DNA of 57,187 nt, filler included, from Asterionella formosa (Eukaryota), in the NCBI GenBank assembly GCA_002256025.1. It is 7 parts of 7 records of this genome, joined end to end, with 100 filler letters (N's around TTAATTAATTAA, not from the genome) between each part and the next. Parts side by side here need not be neighbours in the genome. Positions count along the whole stretch, not along the records: positions 49,123 to 57,187 come from NKIB01012327.1; 6 more parts are not named here. One strand, given 5' to 3'. The notes under the pieces are model-generated. The model had not been told where the DNA came from. It did no database searches and saw nothing but the letters and a program-made list of their open reading frames with translations. The position numbers and the translations under genes are program-made. Shown here piece by piece: positions 49,180-57,187 of the stretch (position 1 is its first letter; every line of letters starts with the position of its first letter).

Positions 49180-51360
49180 CTGTTGTCGTTGTCTTCCTTA
49201 AAGTTCGATGATCTTAAATTCATTTACTGTCCCGCTGCAGTAGCAGTAGTCATAGACATATGGTGTTCTATTGCTTGCTTATTACTCCGACTACAGCTTT
49301 TCAGTTTCACGATCATACAATCCTAAAACTATGATGATTTACTATCCCACTGCAGTAGCAACAGTCCTGATCATATGGTGTTCTATTGGTTTTTAGTTTT
49401 ACGATTATACGATCCTAAAACTATGATGATTTACTGTCCCACTGCAGTAGCAACAGTCCTGAACATATGATGTTCTATTGGTTTTTAGTTTTACGATCAT
49501 ACGATCCTAAAATTATGATGATTTACTGTCCCACTGTAATTGCAACAGTCATGAACATATGGTGTTCTTTTGGTTTTTAGTTTTACGATCATACGATCCT
49601 AAAACTATGATGATTTACTGTCCCACTGCAGTAGCAACAGTCCTGAACATATGGTGTTCTGTTGCTAGTTTACTACTCCGACTACCCCCAGTATATCACT
49701 TACTACCTGCTACTGGTACTCTGTATATATATATGATATATTGTTATTGTCATATGATGTACCGGTACACACGAAGAGCTCCCAACCAAAAAAGGGGCTT
49801 AAACAATTTGCTACCAAAACCCTTGCGGCAATTGAACGGTCTAAATAATTAGTTTCAACGGACGTAGAAAATATCGATGCAAACAAATTTCAGAAACAAT
49901 ACCGGTACAGGTAGTCGTGAAAAACAATGGACATACAGTGCATTGAGTATTTTCGAATTATGTACATGCGAGTATGATCATCCCAACCATATCAGATGTT
50001 CCATATCGAGAGCGCCTTTGAATTTTATAAATGTATAACACTTAATATATATATATATATTTACAAATTTTATTACTATATCCATGGCATATATATTTTT
50101 GAAATCCTTCTGTCATGTTAACAAACAATGCCTGCTGCTTCATGAAAAGAGACGTCGTAGTAAAGCACATGACAAGCAAAGAAAGGTTATGCAATACATA
50201 ACGAAAAACATTGTGGCTTCGACACATTGCGCATTCGAAGGATGGAGAATGTTTAAGGTAATGAAGCCACCAATGTGGTACTTGGATGACAATCGTTGGG
50301 AGGCAGGCAGCACAACAACAAAATTGTTAACTAAACGCACATTTCCTTTTTTCTCAGTTGATGCTCATTCAACAGCTCGTTTTGCTTGTTGGGGAGCACC
50401 AATGTAAAACAAAACCAAATTGCGTAAGTGCTCTTGTCGCTCGTTGGACCTATTCACTTCTGTTGGAACAAAACTGACAAAACGTTTACCTTCTCTCAAA
50501 GTTAAGCTGACAAAAATGAACCGGTAAGTTTTATTCGACAACATTGGATACCCGAAACTTACTTATTCAAGAATTTGGCTTACTGACAATTTACTGTAAT
50601 AGACTTATGCATCAGTTGCATTGATTTGTGGTAAGTGAAGCAAGAGGATACGGTGGAATTGTGTGTCGTTGTGTCAATGTAACATGACTAGCTTACAAAT
50701 CATTCCTTCTCATTGTTACTGTTTCTGCATAGGACAATAAAACCAATGAAACAACGGAATAGTCGGTGAGTTCAGAGAGTCACTAATTGCAGGGAGAAAT
50801 GCGAGACATTAAGCACTGCATGGCGCAAGATTCAGAATAGAGGAAGGAAGGGCGAGACAGGATCAATATACATCGAGCCGAGTAGAGAGGGAAACGTTGG
50901 GTCGCTGGCATGTAGATCATTAATAGATAGCATTGCTTAATTTGATAGTTAAATTACGATCCATTTCAATCTATTTTGAACAATGCTTGTGATTAGAATT
51001 ATGATCATGTTTACGATAGATTTACGATGAAACAATTCACATGATAGCATAGAGTTGAGCTGATTTTAGGATGCATTGTAGTAATGATTTTCATCGGGCG
51101 ATCACGAGAAGTGAAAATAATATGAGAAAGTTTATGATATTGACGAGAAATGTTGTTGATCAGTTTATATACATTGTGTGATGATAATGCTCTTATTATC
51201 ATTATACTTCAAGGTCGGTAACATATTAATAAATCATCATAGATACAAGATACCTTGATCATATTTTTGATCCAAAAATTATCATATATACGAAAATCCT
51301 GTGCCACTTAGCGTACGATACCCTTGATCCTATATGCATGATACTTTTTATTTACAGACG
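49180..51360. mobile_element. Family X copy ending in end A
   Basis: Homologous to 16940-18620 and, inverted, to 40956-42295; ends TTTATTTACAGACG. Confidence 0.82.
49222..49680. repeat. 92-bp minisatellite inside family X (~5 units)
   Basis: TCCTAAAA anchor at 49321, 49413, 49505 and 49597. Confidence 0.92.
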
Positions 51361-51816
51361 CAGCCACCTTTGGATCAATCCACAACTGTTAGAAAAACTG
51401 ACACATATGTGTTGCTTCTTTCAGGATAATGGTAGACAAACAGTATTTGTAAGTTACAAACAGCAGTGCTGGAGCCCATTTATTGATCGATACTTTGCTT
51501 CTCATTCAACCTCGACTGACACATTTATCCACAGAAATATGCATCAGTTACTTCCTCAATTTGTGGAAAGTGAAGCAAGATAGAAGCAAAATGAATGTTG
51601 TTGTGTAAGCAAAACATGAGCAGCTAACAATCAATTGCTTCTCTTTGTTACTATGGCTGATTGGAACAACGAAACAGATTCAATAGTAATAGGAAAATGC
51701 GTGAATGCAAACTCAGAACAACCCTCAGGAGTAAATGGAACAAAGCAATCAGGGGAACAACGGCAAGGCAACCAGTACAACAACCTTCAGAATTGGATTG
51801 GGGGGGAAGGTGGAGT

Positions 51817-52234
51817 TGAAAGCGGCACCAAGCAACAATCATTGCGATGAGAGCATTGTAGAACATTCTGTAGCCACTTAAGATATAGAATCATAGAACC
51901 ATTCTTAGCTAAATATACTAGTTCTAAATTTCGATCCATTTCATTCTATTTTAGACAGTGATATTGATGAGAATTACGATCATGCTAAGATAGATGTATG
52001 ACAAAAGTATACACATCATATGACCATGTTTAACTGATTATATGATGCAATGGTATTATAACTGTAATAGTCTCATCATACTTCAAGCTCGGTAAAAGTT
52101 TACTGCATGATCATAATTATATGATACATTGATCATATTTTTGATCGAAAAACTATCTTACATGTGAAAATCCTGTGCCACTTAGCGTACGATACCCTTG
52201 ATCATATTTTCATGATATTTTTTATTTACACACG
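51817..52234. mobile_element. Family X end B of a second copy
   Basis: Matches 42364-42774; ends TTTATTTACACACG. Confidence 0.8.
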
Positions 52235-53135
52235 AACCTCAAGTTGCCTTTCTTCACATAATCAGTGCATGCTTTCTTCTCACTAAGGAACTGACCGTAA
52301 TCCTTCTTAAAGACAGTTTTCCAGCCATTATTGTAACATTCAGTTTTGTTTTTCACAATGACACCCCCAGAGCGGGTCACATTGTCAATCTTGAGCTTAT
52401 CAATAGCATTAGTTTATCAATAGCATTAGTTACAAACCAGCCATAGCGGTTACCACCAACAACAGTAGCAATCAGATCCGAACTATCATTTTGAATCACT
52501 GACCCATGCACATTACCTTTGGCATCAAGGACGCACATGACCACTTAAAGAGTGCCATCGCTTTTCTCATGAAAGTAGTGACAGAAGGTGTACCATCCAG
52601 TGGATGAGACAGTGAATAACGTGTCGAAATTGCTTGGTACATAGCCTGGATCGGCATTGTTGTTGCCACCAATGATGAAATTACCCGATCCATCTGAGAA
52701 AACATGAAAAATGAAGTCGCGAAGGAATCAGAAATAAGTTCCATCATTTTTGTCTGCAGCTATCTGGGCAGTGGTGCACTGTTTCTCAATGGCTGAGCTA
52801 TAATCAAACAACTGAGTATCTGGATCGAAGATGTTCTGCGCTTTATCCAGGTAGATATCGATGCTAGTTGTGTAGCCATCCCTAGGCCATTTGCCACTAT
52901 AGCCACCATACCTAACAAAGCTACCACCATCAACAGGTGCTGTAGCTTAATACTTCCCACTCGAAGCTTTCATTGTTGATGTTCCTTGAACCCTCGTGAC
53001 AATGAAGAAAGCTTCAAGGGGGTTAGAAACATCTGAAGACTTCTCAAAGCTGTTTGTGTAGGGCTTGGGAAACATGTCAGCCCAGACAGAAGCTGCTTGT
53101 AGTAGGAGCAAGGCGGAAACAAACTTGATCTTCAT
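52235..53135 (-). pseudogene. Secreted bacterial-type beta-sandwich protein, pseudogenised
   Basis: Signal peptide MKIKFVSALLLLQAASVWA. One frame reads RYGGYSGKWP..TSIDIYLD..FDYSSAI..LRDFIFHV..GWYTFCH..VVGGNRYGWF with three in-frame stops, then a 17-bp duplication, then KTECYNNGWK..ACTDYVKKG. Confidence 0.75.
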
Positions 53136-53539
53136 GTTGGATATGATGATTTTTTCTTTTTTAGTGTAGCTATAGAACTTGACTGTTACAAGTGAAGGAA
53201 ATTTGTTTTATGAGACAAAACAAAATGAAAATAATAATGGTTTGTTTGCGAATGAGAAGCAAAGAACTCCTAGTACTGTCTCCACGAGGTGTACCTCGTG
53301 GAGGATTGCAACTGATGTCCGCCTTCTCGTAGTGCTGGCTATGTTCTTCTTTGTTGAAGTAATAATGTAAGTTTTCGTCACGTCAATTGAATTGCTCAGC
53401 AGCTCGGCTCGTTTGTGATTGTTCGTTCCTTTCGACTCCTCTGCTTCCCTCACCATGGGAAGGAGAAGTAAACTGCACTTTCAATTCCATTTCACTTGCT
53501 CACACCAGCCATTTCTTCCATTGCCGTTCCATGTCTTTG

Positions 53540-53655
53540 CGTTTCCATTTCCGTTTCCGTTTCAGTTTCAGTTTCAGTTTCAGTTTCAGTTTCCGTTTCC
53601 GTTTCCGTTTCCGTTTCCGTTTCCGTTTCCGTTTCTGTTTCTGTTTCTGTTTCTG
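53540..53655. repeat. Hexamer microsatellite (CNGTTT)n with blocks of CCG/CAG/CTG variants
   Basis: Direct reading. Confidence 0.92.
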
Positions 53656-54303
53656 TGCTCAATGGATATGACTGTTCCTAAGTATTCTCTCACATTCTTC
53701 GATGATGGAGAATGTTTACGTGATGTATTATTACAATTTGATGCAACTATGATTGTGGAATCTTCATATGCGCTGGAAATTAAAGCTGCTGAATATAATT
53801 ATGTGAATATGCATTGATACAGTGGTGAATAAACAGATGCATTTAACAACAAGCAATGCTACGGTCATGTTTGCGAACTATTTTGGTTAAATATCAAACA
53901 TTATTTGATGGAACATTAAAAGTTTATCCGCATAAACAGGTACATTTGGAATTATTATCAAATGCCATGATCCCTCGTCATCAATGAGCATATCCTGTCG
54001 CTCATATTCATTTAGAAGTTTTCAAAACCGAATTAAACCCTAACCCTAATGGTGGAGAGGAGGTACCTCTCAAGGGAGCGCTACGTGAGAAACCAGTACA
54101 CACTTGTACTTATTATGAAATTAATTACTTAGGACGTTCGAGATTAGATTTACAAATTATTCTATGGAATTATGATCATATATTTTGGTATTGGATCTAC
54201 AGGCATGTGTTTCCGAGATGTCCAAATCGTCATTTCGGCAATTTTACCGCAACTTGCTGGTACCTGGTACGGAGTACCAGGTATCGGTCATCATTTGCAC
54301 CCG

Positions 54304-54473
54304 CCTGCCTGCTGAAGAATCATGAGAGAAGCAAGGAGTCATGAATCAGTGTACTTTAATTGTGAAGAATCAAGCAAGTCATGAGGATAACCTGCCTGCT
54401 GAAGAATCATGATTGAAGCAAGGAGTCATGAATCAGTGTACTGTAATAGCGAAGAATCAAGCAAGTCATGAGG
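54304..54473. repeat. 87-bp tandem duplication upstream of the membrane-protein gene
   Basis: CCTGCCTGCTGAAGAATCATGA starts at 54304 and 54391. Confidence 0.9.
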
Positions 54474-54768
54474 TGTACGTAAGCAGAGATCTTGACTTGC
54501 TCCCCAGTAAATGTTTTAATACGCATGCCGGTACCGTTCAAATTTCTTTCAACCTTTTTTGCTTCTATGCACGCTAGTAGGAGCGCTTTTGTATTCTGGC
54601 CACTGTAGAATGGTTGACCCCATATTCGTACGACGGTTTGACGATGACATTGAGAGCTATTGCTTCTGTCGCGCATCAAGAATGAAGATAAAGAAAACAT
54701 TTGAAGTACTTTGCTTATCCTCCATAAATTCTGTGCTCTTGTGTTGTCTTTTTGAGACTGTTCACAAC

Positions 54769-55479
54769 ATGTCGTCAAGCAATAGTAACAATAATAAGAA
54801 GAGTCATTCAAAAGCTCGGTTTGCAGAAGAAGCAAAGGAGGAAGAGATGGAAGCCACTGCATTGGAGGATTTGCTAGAAATCCCGTTTGCAGAGGAGGCG
54901 AAAGTGGAAGACCAAGACCAAGAGAAGAAAGCCGCAGTGGTGACTCCTCAAGATAACAAACATTCGTCTGATATCTTTGTTCCAGCGGTCTCATCAACAA
55001 CAGCAGCAGCTCCACCTCGAGAAGTTGTGGCAGCACCATCACAACAACAAGTCCGTCCTGGCGCAATTGCAGTAGGAGGACAAGGATTCATTCCACATGA
55101 AGATTCCTACTTGCATCTCGACCCTACTCCTGCCGCTAGCGCCAACGAGTTTCAGGATGAATATGCTGACCAGCTGAGACCTGCATCATTATTCAATGCT
55201 GTTCTTGTGGACGATCCTGAAATCGCCAGTGCCTCAATTTTTGACCAAGAAGCAGTTGAAAAAGCCTTTTGTCGACGTCAAGTGTGGATAGTCTTCTTGG
55301 CAGTCTTCTTGGCCTTATTACTTATCACAGTTGGTACTTTCTTTGTTTTTAAGAGTGTGTTTGGTTATGGAGACTGGTTGGTAGTTTTTGTTGTTATTTT
55401 GATTTGTTTTGTTTTTTTTGCTGTTGCTGCTGCTTTTTTTTCATTCATCAAATGTTGCAGCCCAAGCTTAAACATTTAG
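54769..55479 (+). CDS. Small membrane protein (acidic disordered N-terminus, PGAIAVGG motif, two C-terminal TM helices), ~236 aa
   Basis: Open frame from MSSSNSNNN to TAG. N-terminus resembles that of diatom type II membrane receptor-like proteins. Confidence 0.6.
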   Translation: MSSSNSNNNKKSHSKARFAEEAKEEEMEATALEDLLEIPFAEEAKVEDQDQEKKAAVVTPQDNKHSSDIFVPAVSSTTAAAPPREVVAAPSQQQVRPGAIAVGGQGFIPHEDSYLHLDPTPAASANEFQDEYADQLRPASLFNAVLVDDPEIASASIFDQEAVEKAFCRRQVWIVFLAVFLALLLITVGTFFVFKSVFGYGDWLVVFVVILICFVFFAVAAAFFSFIKCCSPSLNI

Positions 55480-55585
55480 GTTATTATGACATAGATGCAT
55501 GATTAAACAATCAATGTATAGCTAATGAAAAACAGTGGACATGATTTCACATGTACTACTATAGTTGCATTACTTTTTCCACTAT

Positions 55586-56163
55586 TTCCACTTTCGTCTC
55601 CTCTGCAAACGGGATTTCTAGCAAATCCTCCAATGCAGTGGCTTCCATCTCTTTCTCCTTTGCTTCTTCTGCAAACCGAGCTTTTGAATGACTCTTCTTA
55701 TTATTGTTACTATTGCTTGACGACATGTTGTGAACAGTCTCAAAAAGACAACACAAGAGCACAGAATTTATGGAGGATAAGCAAAGTACTTCAAATATTT
55801 TCTCTATCTTCATTCTTGATGCACGACAGAAGCAATAGCTCTCAATGTCATCGTCAAACCGTCGTACGAATATGGGGTCAACCATTCTACAGTGGCCAGA
55901 ATACAAAAGCGCTCCTACTAGCGTGCATAGAAGCAAAAAAGGTTGAAAGAAATTTGAACGGTACCGGCATGCGTATTAAAACATTTACTGGGGAGCAAGT
56001 CAAGATCTCTGCTTACGTACACCTCATGACTTGCTTGATTCTTCACTATTACAGTACACTGATTCATGACTCCTTGCTTCAATCATGATTCTTCAGCAGG
56101 CAGGTTATCCTCATGACTTGCTTGATTCTTCACAATTAAAGTACACTGATTCATGACTCCTTG
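55586..56163 (-). repeat. 578-bp inverted duplicate of 54332-54909 (promoter plus first ~47 codons)
   Basis: Near-identical reverse complement (about six substitutions seen); ends exactly at the LTR. Confidence 0.95.
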
Positions 56164-56583
56164 TGTTGAAAAAATTCGAGCTGACTGCCACAGGACAGGA
56201 GTGAAGGGTATAGTAGACATGAGAGAGTACAGTACTACAGTTAAAACTGTACAGCCGCTACCAAGAGTTACCTGGGCTGACGTGGTAAAAGGCACAACGC
56301 AAGGAAAAGCAATCAGAGGTCAGGAAAAAATGTTAAAATGCAATGTGAGTAATGAGAGTGTTTCGAGACCATTATCTCGAAACAATCCAGTTAGTAAAGT
56401 GAAAGTTTAAGTTTGACAACTTCCTCATTGCTATCAATTTCATCAACTGTATTCGATTAACACAGTAATAGGTTCAAGGCCTACGATACGGTCGAATAAA
56501 GTAGTTGTTACAACATTGTTTCGAGATAAAATAAAATAAAACAAAAGGAACAGCCATTCACATGGAAGGCTGGAGTTTCAACA
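56164..56583 (+). repeat. 5' LTR of a Copia (CoDi) element
   Basis: TGTTGAAA...TTTCAACA 8-bp terminal inverted repeat; an alternative end at 56604 is possible. Confidence 0.75.
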
Positions 56584-56667
56584 TTTCAATCGAGTTTTTG
56601 AACACTTTATAGATTGGAGTAGCGCAGCTGAAGGCCGCAGCCACCAATCAAGGAACCAACGAACCCC

Positions 56668-57187
56668 ATGAGCGCCACCCCAGACGCAACGACAAGCGGC
56701 AGCTTAGCGAGTGGACGCGGCAGCACTGGTGGGAGAGGGCGAAGGGACAACCGTCTGCGCGGGAGCCGTGGCGGCCGGGCAAGGACACAAGCGACAAGCA
56801 ACAACCGTGGCATTTTTCAGGGCAGCACAGAGGGCATGAACGGAAACGTATTTGAATGCTATGAAGAACAAAGTGACAGACGCCAGTACGCCAAAACGTT
56901 AGAAGTTCTAGACGGATATGTGAGGAAAACACTGAAGTACTCTGAAGACCTTGCCCCTTTGTTTGCCGACACCATGGCGGTTCCCATGGTAGACATGCCA
57001 GATGACCTAGATGATGATGCAGGACTGACCATGAAAATGATTTTCGCAGAAGAAGTAAAAGCGTATGTCAAGCGCAATCATACCCTGAAGAGCAACCTAG
57101 CAACAGTGTATGCGGTGATTTGGGGCCAGTGTAGTGATGACATGAAGGCAAAGATCAAAACGCACGATGACTACAAGGACAAGACTG
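56668..57187 (+). CDS. CoDi-type Copia Gag, 3' truncated at window end (absent from ORF track because it has no stop)
   Basis: RG-rich start, then FQGSTEGMNGNVFECYEEQ..QYAKTLEVL..YV and NLATVYAVIWGQCSDDMKAKI; no stops. Confidence 0.85.
   Translation, partial: MSATPDATTSGSLASGRGSTGGRGRRDNRLRGSRGGRARTQATSNNRGIFQGSTEGMNGNVFECYEEQSDRRQYAKTLEVLDGYVRKTLKYSEDLAPLFADTMAVPMVDMPDDLDDDAGLTMKMIFAEEVKAYVKRNHTLKSNLATVYAVIWGQCSDDMKAKIKTHDDYKDKT

Noticed and set aside
49222..49680. Regular repeats resembling a CRISPR array
   Set aside because: Whole 92-bp units repeat with no unique spacers; no cas genes; eukaryotic TE interior
53387..53817. FRFRF / FPFPF / SVSVS ORFs
   Set aside because: Translations of a hexamer microsatellite
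54407..56088. Paired ORFs 54407-55066 (-) and 55525-56088 (+)
   Set aside because: Antisense readings produced by the inverted duplication
56616..56635. GGAGTAGCGCAGCTG resembling a tRNA 5' end or A-box
   Set aside because: No cloverleaf or T-loop follows, and it is in the wrong sense for a PBS

Overview
Eukaryotic nuclear DNA, almost certainly from a diatom (NTT2-type plastid nucleotide transporter, EukCatA-type channel, CoDi-type Copia and Ambal-like LINE, short GT-AG introns). The window is not one locus. It is seven contigs of 8107, 8104, 8083, 8081, 8080, 8067 and 8065 bp, in descending length, joined by artificial 100-bp N44-TTAATTAATTAA-N44 spacers, so nothing can be inferred about linkage across spacers. 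Apparently intact genes: GT4 glycosyltransferase, AGC kinase, single-domain voltage-gated cation channel, NTT2, PPR protein, membrane-anchored metzincin, dolichol kinase, a small membrane protein and one truncated hypothetical gene. Pseudogenes: an HSF and a bacterial-type secreted protein. Much of the rest is nested, decayed transposable elements (LINE, Copia, Gypsy, pogo, and an unclassified long-TIR family present in 3 of 7 contigs). The most striking signal is dense TA-CCGG-TA / TA-CC(A/T)GG-TA / TA-C(A/T)G-TA motifs upstream of genes. Comparing repeat copies within the window shows CCGGTA present in one copy and absent in another at TA sites, which fits accumulated Tc1/mariner/pogo excision footprints. 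Family assignments come from motif recognition by eye, not database searches.
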